A stretch of DNA of 55,421 bases from an uncultured Sulfitobacter sp. (lineage in GTDB: Bacteria; Pseudomonadota; Alphaproteobacteria; Rhodobacterales; Rhodobacteraceae), in NCBI GenBank assembly GCA_963934545.1, contig CAWVZA010000001.1, positions 1 to 55,421 on the forward strand, written 5' to 3'. Positions within the stretch are counted from its first letter, which is position 1, and each line of letters starts with the position of its first letter. The position numbers and the translations under genes are program-made. The notes beneath the pieces are model-generated. The model had not been told where the DNA came from. It did no database searches and worked only from the letters and a program-made list of their open reading frames with translations. Positions 1 to 10,334 of the stretch are shown here, piece after piece.

Positions 1-51
1 GATGGAGTCAGACAGTGAATCCTTGGCAAAGGATATTTGTGCAACAAAGCC
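1..51 (-). mobile_element. Terminus of an IS5-family (IS903-group-like) insertion sequence running out of the left edge of the window
   Basis: Read from position 51 leftwards, the reverse complement is GGCTTTGTTGCACAAATATCCTTTGCCAAGGATTCACTGTCTGACTCC. It matches 55374..55421 exactly, and GGCTTTGTTG is the start of the IS903 terminal inverted repeat. Confidence 0.8.
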
Positions 52-182
52 AGTGAACCCTATAAAGGCTGCGGCGTCCAGCTGTGTTCATGCAGCGTCA
101 GGCAAAGGCATATGGAACACCCCGCGCATTCACGCGTTTGCGTCTGACTAAACAACTATCACCAGATCGGAAGGATGCTGAA

Positions 183-674
183 ATGACCCGCCTCGAGATG
201 TTTATTGCCCGTATGACGTCCCAACGCGCGTGTATCGATTACGCAGCTGATTTGACGGCCGGTATGGTAGGTCCAGTATATGAGTTGGGCCTCGGCAGCG
301 GGCGTACCTTTGATCACATTCGCGCCAAAGTGACTGATCGCGCCATCTTTGTTTTTGACCGCGCAGTTGCGTCTAACCCTGCAAGCACCCCTACCGACCA
401 GCAGCTCTTATTGGGCGATGTCGTTGACACGCTGCCAATGATGCTTGCCGGTGACGGCGCTACTGTCAGCTTTGCCCATGCTGATTTGGGCGGACACAAT
501 CTTGAAAAGAACGATGCATTCGCCCGTCTTGTCTCCCCACTTATCGAAGTGATGATGGCACCTAACGGTGTGATTGTATCGAGCGACATGATGTACTTCG
601 AAGCTCTTGAGCAAATTGGTTTGCCTGATGGCGCTCTAGAAGGGCGCGCTTTTATTTACCGTAACTCCCTGTAA
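183..674 (+). CDS. Class I SAM-dependent methyltransferase-like protein (Methyltransf_17 type)
   Basis: VYELGLGSGRTFDH glycine-rich SAM motif and HADLG. Start moved to ATG 183 (MTRLEMFIARM), which has AAGGA upstream. Confidence 0.75.
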   Translation: MTRLEMFIARMTSQRACIDYAADLTAGMVGPVYELGLGSGRTFDHIRAKVTDRAIFVFDRAVASNPASTPTDQQLLLGDVVDTLPMMLAGDGATVSFAHADLGGHNLEKNDAFARLVSPLIEVMMAPNGVIVSSDMMYFEALEQIGLPDGALEGRAFIYRNSL

Positions 675-771
675 ATAATAGGCATAGTTGAATTGTTAAA
701 TTTGTTTGAGGCGAAGGTTTAGCTTTCGCTTGCGTAGCGTTGCAACTCGCCATAGCTTTCAAATCAAGGTA

Positions 772-799
772 GTGAAACAATGTTTTACATAGCAAAACA
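772..799. promoter_or_regulatory. Overlapping imperfect palindromes, candidate IclR operator of the TRAP/beta-oxidation operon
   Basis: GTGAAACA-A-TGTTTTAC (772-788) and TGTTTT-N7-AAAACA (781-799), just upstream of the dctP RBS (GGGAGG). An IclR gene lies inside the operon. Confidence 0.45.
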
Positions 800-820
800 A
801 ATCCTTGGGAGGGGATTTAT

Positions 821-1873
821 ATGAATTTTCTGAAGAAAACTGCTCTTGCCGCCGCGATGTCTGTTCTGGCGACTGCCAGCTTTGCTGAAACAACGCTGAT
901 CCATGGCGAAGCAGGTCCAAATCGTGGTGCACGCGCAGTTGCACTCCAGTGGTTTGCGGACCAAGTGGCCGAGCGTTCCAGCGGCGATATCAAGATCGAC
1001 ATTCAGTGGGGCGGAGCATTGTTTAAAGCGAAGGCTGCGATGCAGTCCATCGGCGACGGTGTGGCGGATATGGGCTCGGTGATTGCTGTGTACTATCCGC
1101 AGGATATGGCTGCTTATGGCATTGCCGACCTGCCGATGAACAACCCTGACGCATGGGTTGGGATGCGTGCCACGGACGAGCTGATGCGCACCGATGCGAT
1201 GCAGGCCAGCTTTGCCAACCGTGATATGCGCTATATCGGAACGTGGACGACATCACAGGTCAACATCGGCTGCAAAGACACCGCCATCCGCAGCGTTGCC
1301 GACATTGCAGGCAAAAAAGTGCGCGGCGTTGGTGCCTACGGTAAAGTTATGGGTGAAGAGGGCGCAAACCTTGTCTCCATGTCGATCTATGACGCCTATC
1401 AGGGTCTCGACACTGGACTGCTCGATTGCTCACAGGGCTATTCCTATGCTGTTGCGGCACTCAAGCAGGCCGAAGTTATGACCAGCTATACCTTGCTCAA
1501 CTGGGGTCAGGTCGGTGGTGTTGGTATGTTCATGAACCTCGACGCTTATGAGGGTCTGAGCGAAGAGCAACGCACCATACTTGATACAACGGGCAAAGAT
1601 ATGGCGGACGAGTTTGGCCGCCTCATCACTGCTGCAAACGAAGCCGCGATTGTGTCCATGAAAGAGCAGGGCGTTGAGATTATCGAGCTGCCCGAAGAAG
1701 AGCGTGCCAAGCTGGTAGCCTCTGGTGAGAAATTCATCGCACAGTGGGTCGAGACTGCAACCAAAGGTGGCCTTGACGGTGCGGCTGCTCTTGCACAGTA
1801 CCAAGAGCTATTGGCCAAATACGCAGCCGAGCGTGACACGAATGGCTACCCTTGGGCGACCGCTTCAAACTAA
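821..1873 (+). CDS. dctP: TRAP transporter substrate-binding protein
   Basis: Signal peptide, GKKVR motif and YQGLDTGLLD; followed by the small and large TRAP permeases. Confidence 0.9.
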   Translation: MNFLKKTALAAAMSVLATASFAETTLIHGEAGPNRGARAVALQWFADQVAERSSGDIKIDIQWGGALFKAKAAMQSIGDGVADMGSVIAVYYPQDMAAYGIADLPMNNPDAWVGMRATDELMRTDAMQASFANRDMRYIGTWTTSQVNIGCKDTAIRSVADIAGKKVRGVGAYGKVMGEEGANLVSMSIYDAYQGLDTGLLDCSQGYSYAVAALKQAEVMTSYTLLNWGQVGGVGMFMNLDAYEGLSEEQRTILDTTGKDMADEFGRLITAANEAAIVSMKEQGVEIIELPEEERAKLVASGEKFIAQWVETATKGGLDGAAALAQYQELLAKYAAERDTNGYPWATASN

Positions 1874-1890
1874 GGCGGCAACGCTTTATT

Positions 1891-1913
1891 GGGCAGGGCC
1901 GCTGGTCCTGCCC
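1891..1913 (+). terminator. Stem-loop after dctP (terminator or mRNA stabiliser)
   Basis: GGGCAGGGCC-GCT-GGTCCTGCCC hairpin. Confidence 0.5.
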
Positions 1914-1950
1914 GTCCTATTTCCCCAAATATACATGAGGAGCGTGAGCC

Positions 1951-2481
1951 ATGTTGGTGCCGCTTGAGAAAATTCTGCTGGGCCTCGGCGCTGTGGCTGT
2001 GATCTTGCTTGGGGTGTTGATCACTTCGAATGTGATCGCCCGTGCTGTGTTCAACTCCTTCATCCCCGACAGTGTCATCATGGTGCGTGAATTGATGGTC
2101 GCAGCGATCCTTTTACCGCTCGCGGCTGCAACGGCACAGCGTGCGCATGTTTCTGTTGCGTTTCTGTCGGATCGGTTCGATCCGCGCTTTCGCAGTTGGT
2201 TGATTGTGGCTGGATCACTGTTTGGCATGATTGCCCTCGCACCCTTGTTCTACAAAGGATGCCTTGAGCTGATCAAAGTCATTGAGCGTGGCTCGTTCTT
2301 CTCGGGCGATCTCGACCTGCCAAAATGGCCGGGCTATTTGTTCTTCGTCCTTGGCTTGGGGGCTGCTTGGCTGCGCCTGCTCGAGTTGTTTGTGCGCGAC
2401 ACCCGCACCATTCTGGCGGGTAGCACTGTCTCGGATGAGCAGCAACATGCGGGCGATTTGCCCGAAGAGGGACATAACTGA
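1951..2481 (+). CDS. dctQ: TRAP transporter small permease
   Basis: About 4 hydrophobic segments and RAHVSV motif; lies between dctP and dctM. Confidence 0.88.
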   Translation: MLVPLEKILLGLGAVAVILLGVLITSNVIARAVFNSFIPDSVIMVRELMVAAILLPLAAATAQRAHVSVAFLSDRFDPRFRSWLIVAGSLFGMIALAPLFYKGCLELIKVIERGSFFSGDLDLPKWPGYLFFVLGLGAAWLRLLELFVRDTRTILAGSTVSDEQQHAGDLPEEGHN

Positions 2482-3821
2482 TGGATGGTTCAACCGTTGG
2501 TATGGTGGCCTTTGCCGCTGTTTTGTTTCTGCTCGCTTTTCGCATTCCCATCGCCTTCACGCTTGCCTCTGTAGCGACCACAGGCGCTTTCTTGATCTAC
2601 TCGTTCCGCAGTGGAAGCTTTGACCCCGAGCGCGCGATCAAGCCTACCTCGTCGATGGTCTTTTCCAATTCTTACGATCTTGTGCACAGCTATGAGCTGT
2701 CGATGATCCCGCTTTTTGTGGCGCTGGGCCATATCGCTTATAAGGCGGACATCACAACCAAGATTTATCACGCTGCCAAGGTCTGGCTCACCCGCCTTCC
2801 AGGTGGGGTGGCTATGGCGAGTGTCATGGGCTGCGGCGGGTTCTCGGCGATCACAGGCTCCTCCATTGCATGCGCCTCGACAATGGGCAAAATCTGCACG
2901 CCTGAAATGCTGCGTATGGGTTATGATCCGCGCCTTGCGACTGCGTCTGTTGCGGCGGGCGGCACGCTTGGCTCGCTTATTCCGCCTTCGGTCCTCTTCA
3001 TTATTTATGGCATCTTTACAGAAACGTCGATTTCGTCGCTCTTCCTTGCAGGTATCCTTCCAGGTTTGCTCACGCTGGCGGGGTTCATCCTTGTCATTGC
3101 CGTTTGGGTCTATGTCAGTCCTGAAATTGCACCGATCAACGACACGGCCTATTCAGCCCGCGACCGATGGATCGCAGCGTTTGAAAGCTGGCCTGCAGTC
3201 TTGTTGTTTGTGGTGATCATCGGCGGCATTTATGGCGGTGTATTCACAGCCACTGAAGCAGCGGCAGTTTGTGTGGTCGCTGCCACGCTCATCGGGTTCG
3301 CGCAGAAAAAACTTACATTTGATGATCTGTGGGATGCCGTCAAAGAGACCTGCGTCCAGACGTCGGCCATTTTCATCATCGCGGCCTGTGCCAAGATATT
3401 TGTTGCCTTCATTGCGCTGACAGGCGTGGCCCCTGTGATTGTCGAGGCTGTGACGGACGCGCAGCTGAGTGTGGTCATGCTGATGATCTGCATTGCGGTT
3501 ATCTATCTATTGCTGGGCATGTTCCTTGATCCGATTGGCATTATGGTCCTCACCCTGCCACTCATGATCCCGCTGGTTGAAAGCTATGACCTGAACCTCA
3601 TCTGGTTTGGTGTGGTTGTGATCAAGTTACTGGAGATTGGCCTCATCACGCCGCCTGTTGGGCTGAACGTATTTGTGATCGCGAATGTGGTTGGGCGCGA
3701 TGCGCCGGTTGGAACCATCTTTGCGGGTATTACACGGTTCCTCAGTGTGGATATTATCGTCCTGATCCTGATCATGTCCTTTCCGGTCATCTCACTCTTA
3801 ATACCCATGGCCGCACGATGA
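2481..3821 (+). CDS. dctM: TRAP transporter large permease
   Basis: Highly hydrophobic; GGTLGSLIPPS, TATEAAA and GLITPPVGLNVFV motifs. Confidence 0.92.
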   Translation: MDGSTVGMVAFAAVLFLLAFRIPIAFTLASVATTGAFLIYSFRSGSFDPERAIKPTSSMVFSNSYDLVHSYELSMIPLFVALGHIAYKADITTKIYHAAKVWLTRLPGGVAMASVMGCGGFSAITGSSIACASTMGKICTPEMLRMGYDPRLATASVAAGGTLGSLIPPSVLFIIYGIFTETSISSLFLAGILPGLLTLAGFILVIAVWVYVSPEIAPINDTAYSARDRWIAAFESWPAVLLFVVIIGGIYGGVFTATEAAAVCVVAATLIGFAQKKLTFDDLWDAVKETCVQTSAIFIIAACAKIFVAFIALTGVAPVIVEAVTDAQLSVVMLMICIAVIYLLLGMFLDPIGIMVLTLPLMIPLVESYDLNLIWFGVVVIKLLEIGLITPPVGLNVFVIANVVGRDAPVGTIFAGITRFLSVDIIVLILIMSFPVISLLIPMAAR

Positions 3822-4600
3822 CGGATCAAAACCAAAGCACTGATCGTAAGTTTGCGAATACACTGGCGCGGGGGCTTGGTGTGTTGCGGGCTTTTCGGGC
3901 CAGCGATAATGGCCTCACGCATGCACAAATTGCTGAGCGGACGGGCCTGCCCAAGCCAACGATTTCGCGTTTGACCTACACGCTCTGCGAGTTGGGTTAT
4001 CTTAGTCATGGGGGACGCAATGACCGCTTTCGCCTTGGCCCCGCAGCGATTGTGCTGGGGTCTGTAGCTTCTGTCGCGGTCGGTTTTGTCGACATGGTGA
4101 GCGATGATATGCAGCGCTTGGCTGATGAGACGGGGACGCTGGCGCTTATTGCGGTTCGCGATAGCGACCGGATGATGCTGGTGCGCACATGGCGGCCTGC
4201 GACGGCTTCGACCATATGGTTGGAACCGGGGCACCGCATCCCCTTGCATGGCTCGTCCTCTGGGATGGCATTTCTTGCAGCGTTGAACGAGGAGCGTTTT
4301 AACGCAATGGAGCCTGACGCCGAGACGCAGGCATTTCGCCAAGAAGGGTATGACCAGTTGTTGGGGCAGGGGTTCACGATTGCCCCAGAGGCCACTCGCT
4401 ATGCCAGCACGGTGAATGCTGTCAGTGTTCCCTACTATTCTGGCGAGTTTGGTGAATCTGTTGCGTTTACCTGTGGGGCAACGCCCAAAGATCTCCCGCG
4501 CAGTCGGATGCAAGAAGAGGTTGGTCCTGCCTTGCACAAACTCGTACAATCGCTTGAGATACGCGCGGGCCGCGCCCCTGCGCTCAGCCGTCGCGGATAG
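3818..4600 (+). CDS. IclR family transcriptional regulator
   Basis: TLARGLGVLRAF...IAERTGLPKPTISRLTYTL helix-turn-helix and an IclR-like effector domain; ATGA overlap with dctM. Confidence 0.9.
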   Translation: MTDQNQSTDRKFANTLARGLGVLRAFRASDNGLTHAQIAERTGLPKPTISRLTYTLCELGYLSHGGRNDRFRLGPAAIVLGSVASVAVGFVDMVSDDMQRLADETGTLALIAVRDSDRMMLVRTWRPATASTIWLEPGHRIPLHGSSSGMAFLAALNEERFNAMEPDAETQAFRQEGYDQLLGQGFTIAPEATRYASTVNAVSVPYYSGEFGESVAFTCGATPKDLPRSRMQEEVGPALHKLVQSLEIRAGRAPALSRRG

Positions 4601-4623
4601 AAAATAAGAAAGAGAAAAGCATC

Positions 4624-6720
4624 ATGTCTGATCCCATTGCCTATAGTGTTCACGGCCCTGTTGCCGTCCTGCGCATTCAGAACCCACCCGTAAACGCATT
4701 GTCCCAAGCAGTGCGTCAGGGACTATGGGACGCGATGGATCGCGCGGAGGGTGATGCACAGATCAAAGCAGTGCTGATCGTTGGCGATGGTCGCGCATTT
4801 ATCGCAGGCGCTGACATCACCGAATTTGGAAAGCCGCCAATGGCACCTGCGCTGCCTGACCTATGTACGCGCATTGAAGGTTCACCTTTGTTGGTTGTGG
4901 CCTCCATGCATGGTGTCTCACTGGGGGGCGGTTTGGAAATTGCGCTGGGTGCACACTACCGTACCGCGCAGCCTTCTGCGGTGGTCGGATTGCCTGAAGT
5001 GCACCTCGGTTTGCTGCCAGGTGCTGGGGGGACACAACGTTTGCCACGTCTGACGGGTGCGGACAAAGCGATCGAAGTGATCACCTCGGGCCGCCAGATC
5101 AAAGCGGTGGAAGCGCTTGATATGGGGATTATCGACAAGATCACGGAGGGCGATCCGCAGGAGGTAGGCCTTGCTTATGCGACGGACTTGATCGGCGCAG
5201 ATGCGCCGCGCCGCGCAATTTCGCAAATGCCCGCGCCTGCGCCAATTGACTGGGACGCGACCTATGACGGTGTGTTGAAAAAGGGCCGTGGACAGGTCAG
5301 CGGTGGTGCAGGTGTGCGTGCCGTTCAGGCTGCCTCCGAGTTGCCTTTTGCCGAGGGTATGCTGCGGGAGCGCGAGCTTTTTATGGAGATGCTTGCCAGT
5401 GATCAAAGCAAGGGCATGATCTATGCGTTCTTTAATGAGCGTGCCGTGAGCAATTTGCCAGAGCTGAAGGGCGTAGAGCCACGTCAGCTGAACGCGATTG
5501 GTGTTATCGGTGGCGGAACCATGGGTGCAGGCATCGCCACGGCGGCTTTGTTGTCGCAGATGGAAGTGGTCCTGATCGAGACGGGTGAAGAGCAAGTCGC
5601 CGCCGCGCGGGGCCGTATTGAGGGCAATCTTGCAGGGGCGTTGAAGCGCGGCAAGATCAATCAGATGCAATATGATGCGCTGACCAAAACGGCGCTCACC
5701 GTGGCTGTTAACTATGAAACGCTTTCAAACGTCGATCTGGTGATTGAAGCTGTGTTCGAGAATATGGACGTGAAGAAAGAAGTCTTTGGCAAGCTTGATG
5801 CGGTCTGCAAAGCGGGCGCTATCCTTGCCTCCAACACCTCCTATCTGGATGTGGATGAGATTGCAGCGGCCACCTCGCGCCCTGCTGACGTGATCGGATT
5901 GCACTTTTTCTCTCCTGCGCACGTAATGAAACTGCTTGAGATTGTCGTGGCAGACAAAACTGCAATTGATGTGGTGGCAACAGGCTTTGCGCTGGGCAAA
6001 GCTCTGGGAAAAATCTCTGTGCGCGCAGGAGTTTGTGATGGGTTTATTGGTAACCGCATTCTGGCCGTCTACCGCACTGCGGCTGATCACATGGTGCTGG
6101 ACGGAGCGTCCCCTTACCAGATTGACCGCGTGCTAACGGGCTTTGGCTTTGCCATGGGTCCTTTTGCCGTGGCTGATCTTGCGGGCCTCGACATCGGCTG
6201 GATGACCCGCAAACGCAAAGCGCCTGACCGCCATCCGGACGAGCGTGTGCCGACCTACATCGACAAGCTGTGCGAGGATGGCCATTTCGGGCGCAAGACG
6301 GGGGAGGGTTATTACCTCTATGAAGCGGGCAGTCGCGCCTCTGTGCCGAACCCCAAAATCCCCGAGCTGATTGCCGCTGAACAGCGCGATTTGAATATTA
6401 CGCCACGTGATTTCAACGATGAAGAGATTGTCAGACGCTACATGTGTGCGATGGTGAACGAAGCCGCAAAGGTTGTGGAAGAGGGCATCGCCCGACGCCC
6501 TGCTGATGTGGATATGGTGCTGCTGTTCGGCTACGGCTTCCCGCGTTATTGGGGTGGCCCGCTGAAATGGGCCGACCTGCAAGGGCTGGATACGGTGTTG
6601 GCCGATATCGAGCGTTATGCCGCTGAGGATGCTTGGTTCTGGAAACCCGCACCCTTGTTGCAGCAGCTTGTGGCGAGCGGTCGCAGCTTTGATGACTTGA
6701 ACCGCGCTCCTGCTAAGTAG
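4624..6720 (+). CDS. Bifunctional enoyl-CoA hydratase / 3-hydroxyacyl-CoA dehydrogenase (PimF/FadN-like)
   Basis: Crotonase motifs AGADI, GGGLE and LPEV; Rossmann GGGTMG; ASNTS, GLHFFSPA and GFIGNR. Confidence 0.92.
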   Translation: MSDPIAYSVHGPVAVLRIQNPPVNALSQAVRQGLWDAMDRAEGDAQIKAVLIVGDGRAFIAGADITEFGKPPMAPALPDLCTRIEGSPLLVVASMHGVSLGGGLEIALGAHYRTAQPSAVVGLPEVHLGLLPGAGGTQRLPRLTGADKAIEVITSGRQIKAVEALDMGIIDKITEGDPQEVGLAYATDLIGADAPRRAISQMPAPAPIDWDATYDGVLKKGRGQVSGGAGVRAVQAASELPFAEGMLRERELFMEMLASDQSKGMIYAFFNERAVSNLPELKGVEPRQLNAIGVIGGGTMGAGIATAALLSQMEVVLIETGEEQVAAARGRIEGNLAGALKRGKINQMQYDALTKTALTVAVNYETLSNVDLVIEAVFENMDVKKEVFGKLDAVCKAGAILASNTSYLDVDEIAAATSRPADVIGLHFFSPAHVMKLLEIVVADKTAIDVVATGFALGKALGKISVRAGVCDGFIGNRILAVYRTAADHMVLDGASPYQIDRVLTGFGFAMGPFAVADLAGLDIGWMTRKRKAPDRHPDERVPTYIDKLCEDGHFGRKTGEGYYLYEAGSRASVPNPKIPELIAAEQRDLNITPRDFNDEEIVRRYMCAMVNEAAKVVEEGIARRPADVDMVLLFGYGFPRYWGGPLKWADLQGLDTVLADIERYAAEDAWFWKPAPLLQQLVASGRSFDDLNRAPAK

Positions 6721-6761
6721 CATTGCAGTGCAACCGATAGATTGATGAAGAGGAACGTACC

Positions 6762-7961
6762 ATGGACCTGAGCTATTCACCCGAAGAAGAAGCATTCCGC
6801 GACGAAGTTCGTGCATTTCTGACTGAAAAAGTCACGCCCAAGATGCAGGACAAAGTGCGCGGCAAAAGCGAGCTTACAAAAGCGGACATGGAGAACTGGC
6901 ATTCTCTGCTAAATGCCAAAGGATGGCTTGCTCCGAACTGGCCCAAAGAATTTGGCGGTGCCGAGTGGAACGCCGTGGAAAAGCACATCTTCGAGGAAGA
7001 AGCCGCCATGGTTTCGGCACCGCGTATCGTGCCGTTTGGCCTTGGTATGCTCGCGCCCGTGTTGCAGAAATTCGGTTCAAAAGAGCAGAACGACTATTGG
7101 TTGCCGCGCATCCTGTCCGGTGAGGACTGGTGGTGTCAGGGCTACTCCGAGCCGGGTGCGGGATCTGACCTTGCCTCATTGAAAACCTCAGCTGTTAAGA
7201 ACGAGGCGGGCACGCATTATATCGTGAACGGTCAAAAAACTTGGACCACCTTAGGCCAGCACGCCAACATGATCTTCTGCCTCGTGCGCACCGACAAGGA
7301 TGTCAAACAGCAAGAAGGCATTTCCTTCCTACTGATCGACATGGACACCCCTGGCATTGAAGTGCGCCCGATCATCTTGCTCGATGGCACGCCCGAAGTG
7401 AACGAGGTCTGGTTCACGGATGTTGAAGTGCCCGTCGAGAACCTTGTGGGTGAGGAGAACAAGGGTTGGACCTATGCCAAGTATCTGCTGACGCATGAGC
7501 GTACGAACATCGCGGGCGTTGGCTTTTCCCAAGCGGGGTTGGCTTCGGTCAAACGTCTGGCGAAATCCGAGATGGCAGGCGGCAAGCCCCTCATCGAGAA
7601 CCCGCATTTCGCGGCACGTGTCGCACAGGTCGAGATTGATTTGATGGCCATGTCTACAACCAACATGCGCATTGTTTCCAAAGCGGCGGCAGGCACTGCA
7701 CCGGGTGTGGAGAGTTCCATGCTCAAGGTCAAAGGCACGATTATCCGTCAGGAGATCAATGATCTGGCGCGCCGTGCGGCAGGTGCATATGCAATGCCGT
7801 TCGCGTCCGAGGCTGTTGAGGGATCGAACGCAATGATCCCTGATCCATTGGGCGCAGGTCCAGTCGCGGCCAAGTATTTTAATAACCGTAAATTGTCGAT
7901 CTTCGGCGGATCAAACGAGATCCAGCGCGGGATTATCGCAAAAGTCACGATGGGAAGCTGA
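6762..7961 (+). CDS. Acyl-CoA dehydrogenase, PimC-like large subunit
   Basis: WCQGYSEPGAGSDLASL, NGQKTWT and SIFGGSNEIQR. Confidence 0.9.
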   Translation: MDLSYSPEEEAFRDEVRAFLTEKVTPKMQDKVRGKSELTKADMENWHSLLNAKGWLAPNWPKEFGGAEWNAVEKHIFEEEAAMVSAPRIVPFGLGMLAPVLQKFGSKEQNDYWLPRILSGEDWWCQGYSEPGAGSDLASLKTSAVKNEAGTHYIVNGQKTWTTLGQHANMIFCLVRTDKDVKQQEGISFLLIDMDTPGIEVRPIILLDGTPEVNEVWFTDVEVPVENLVGEENKGWTYAKYLLTHERTNIAGVGFSQAGLASVKRLAKSEMAGGKPLIENPHFAARVAQVEIDLMAMSTTNMRIVSKAAAGTAPGVESSMLKVKGTIIRQEINDLARRAAGAYAMPFASEAVEGSNAMIPDPLGAGPVAAKYFNNRKLSIFGGSNEIQRGIIAKVTMGS

Positions 7962-7965
7962 GTAC

Positions 7966-9099
7966 ATGAATTTTGATCTGACAGAAGAGCGGCAAATGCT
8001 GCAAGACACGCTGCGCCGTTTCCTGCGGGAGAAATACGACACAGCAACCCGCAACAAGATTTTGGACAGCGACACAGGCATGTCGACTGCGATCTGGTCC
8101 GAACTGGCCGAGCTTGGCGTAATCGGTGCATTGTTCACAGAGGAGCAGGGCGGATTTGGCGGCAAAGGGTTCGACCTTGCTGTGGTGTTCGAAGAGTTGG
8201 GTCGTGCAGGTGTGGTAGAACCTTTCTTGGATACTGCCGTGCTGGCGGGTGGTCTGATTGCCGACTTGGGCAATGACGACCAACAGGCACACATCGAAAG
8301 CATCATTGATGGGAGCATGCAACTTGCCTTCGCCCACGGTGAGCCAACAAGCCGCTATGACCTGACCCGTGTTGCAGCTACGGCAACCGAGAAGGGTGAT
8401 GAGATCATCCTGAATGGCCGCAAAGCTGTAGTTGTGAATGCTGAAGCTGCAGACATGCTTGTTGTGTCGTCCCGCGAAAGTGGCGCACAGGATGATGCGG
8501 ATGGTATCTCGCTGTTCCTTGTGCCCAAGGATGCAAAAGGTCTCACCATTCAGGGCTATGCCCTGCTCGCAGGTGGCCGTGCAGCCGAAGTGACCTTGGA
8601 TGATGTCGCAGTGCCAGCATCGGCCCGCTTGGGTGCGGCTGGCAAAGCGTCTGATGCCATTGAGGTACGTATCGCTGCGGCGAATGTGGCCCAAACCGCC
8701 GAGACATTGGGCGCGATGGACACGGCGTGTGCGCTGACCAAAGACTATCTGCTGACGCGCAAACAGTTTGGCCGCCCGATTGCGACGTTCCAAGCATTGG
8801 CGCACCGTATGGCTGATCTGCTGATCGAGATGGAGCAGGCGCGCTCTGCCGTGACGTTGGCTGCGGCGCACCTTGAGGGTGACCGTGGTATGCGGGAGCG
8901 TAATATCTCTGCGACCAAAAACCTTATTGGCCGTGTAGGCCGTTTGGTGGGCGAGGAGAGCATCCAACTGCACGGTGGCATCGCCATGACACAGGAATAC
9001 GAATTGGCCCATATCGCCAAGCGTATTGTTATGGCCGACCACCGCTTTGGCGATGTGGATCATCATCTGGAGCGTTTCATTGCCCTCTCTGCAGCCTAA
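7966..9099 (+). CDS. Acyl-CoA dehydrogenase, PimD-like small subunit
   Basis: RKQFGRPIATFQAL and IQLHGGIAMT; lacks the SEPxAGSD motif, as the partner subunit of a heteromeric ACAD does. Confidence 0.88.
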   Translation: MNFDLTEERQMLQDTLRRFLREKYDTATRNKILDSDTGMSTAIWSELAELGVIGALFTEEQGGFGGKGFDLAVVFEELGRAGVVEPFLDTAVLAGGLIADLGNDDQQAHIESIIDGSMQLAFAHGEPTSRYDLTRVAATATEKGDEIILNGRKAVVVNAEAADMLVVSSRESGAQDDADGISLFLVPKDAKGLTIQGYALLAGGRAAEVTLDDVAVPASARLGAAGKASDAIEVRIAAANVAQTAETLGAMDTACALTKDYLLTRKQFGRPIATFQALAHRMADLLIEMEQARSAVTLAAAHLEGDRGMRERNISATKNLIGRVGRLVGEESIQLHGGIAMTQEYELAHIAKRIVMADHRFGDVDHHLERFIALSAA

Positions 9100-9511
9100 A
9101 GAAGAGGCCGGTTTCATCCATGGTGAGACCGGCACCCAGCGCCTTGTTGGCTATATTGTCGATGTGCGCGATCCTTTACATGGGCGCTGCTATCTGGATG
9201 TGACGGACGATCACCTCAACCGCCATGGCGCGTTGCACGGTGGGATTGCGGTGACGTTGCTGGATAATGCATGCGGCACGACTGGATCGCTTACGGTTGA
9301 CGCCACAGGTAAAGCGCCGTTTCTGACGGTTTCCATGAACACACAATTCGTAGGCTCAGGCGCGCATGGCCGCATGACGGCAACAGGCACAGTGACGGGC
9401 GGCGGGCGCAGCTTGCTCTTTATCAGTGCTGAATTGCGCCACGAAGACGGAACATTGGTTGCCACATCAACGGGCGTGTTCAAGCGCGTCCCCCAAGATA
9501 AACTTGCATAA
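9080..9511 (+). CDS. PaaI-family hotdog thioesterase
   Basis: HLNRHGALHGG and LLDNACG. Start proposed at TTG 9080 behind GGAG (9069-9072); the exact start is uncertain. Confidence 0.82.
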   Translation: MPSLQPKEEAGFIHGETGTQRLVGYIVDVRDPLHGRCYLDVTDDHLNRHGALHGGIAVTLLDNACGTTGSLTVDATGKAPFLTVSMNTQFVGSGAHGRMTATGTVTGGGRSLLFISAELRHEDGTLVATSTGVFKRVPQDKLA

Positions 9512-9524
9512 CGGAGACGGGGAT

Positions 9525-10295
9525 ATGAGCGCACGGTTGGAAGACGCAGGCGACCGCCTGATCATCTGGAACGGCAACACGGACAAGCGTGGCGCACTCT
9601 CGCCCGAACTATATGCCTGCATTATGCAGGCCTGCGAGATGGCGGATGAGCGGCGCATCCGCTCGATCATCCTGACTGCCGAGGGGCCGTTTTTCTGCGC
9701 GGGTGGTGATCTCAATCAGTTGATCAAGAGCCAAGGGATGTCCGCTGCGGACCGCACGGCACGCATCGAAGGATTGCACGATGTGATCCGCACTATGCGG
9801 AACTGCCCCGTGCCATTTATCGCAGCTGTTGAAGGTGGCGCTGCGGGTGCGGGCCTCAGCTTTGCTTTGGCCAGTGATATCATTGTGGCTGCAAAGGGTG
9901 CGAAGTTTGTGGCGGCCTATGTGAAGGCAGGACTGGTCCCTGATGGTGGCCTGACTGCGCATCTGGCGCGCGCCTTGCCGCGGCAGTTGAGTATGGAGAT
10001 GTGCATGTTGGCGCAGCCTGTTCTGGCCGAGCGGATGCATGATTTGGCTGTGGTCAACTCACTCACCGAAGTGGGCGGTACAATGGATGTGGCACGTACC
10101 TACGCGGACCGCTTTGCTGCGGGGCCGCGGGATGCACAAGCTGCGATCCGCAAGATGGTTGCTGCTGCTTATGATGCCACCGAGGCAGAGCAGTTGGATC
10201 ACGAGCGTGATGCGATGGGCCATGCCACAGGCGCTCCTGAAGCGGCTGAAGGTATTGCGGCATTTTTGGAAAAACGCAGTCCCAACTACAGCTGA
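9525..10295 (+). CDS. Enoyl-CoA hydratase/isomerase (crotonase) family protein
   Basis: FCAGGDL, GGAAGAG, GLVPDGG and EGIAAFLEKR; ATG 9525 with GGAG upstream. Confidence 0.88.
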   Translation: MSARLEDAGDRLIIWNGNTDKRGALSPELYACIMQACEMADERRIRSIILTAEGPFFCAGGDLNQLIKSQGMSAADRTARIEGLHDVIRTMRNCPVPFIAAVEGGAAGAGLSFALASDIIVAAKGAKFVAAYVKAGLVPDGGLTAHLARALPRQLSMEMCMLAQPVLAERMHDLAVVNSLTEVGGTMDVARTYADRFAAGPRDAQAAIRKMVAAAYDATEAEQLDHERDAMGHATGAPEAAEGIAAFLEKRSPNYS

Positions 10296-10334
10296 TTACG
10301 GTAATTAGGCGAAAATCATCTGGGAGGATGTTGC

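Noticed and set aside
3584-4549. 321-aa antisense ORF over iclR/dctM
   Set aside because: No motifs; it is a shadow of real GC-rich genes.
7945-9135. 396-aa antisense ORF over the acyl-CoA dehydrogenase
   Set aside because: A codon-bias shadow frame with no recognisable domain.
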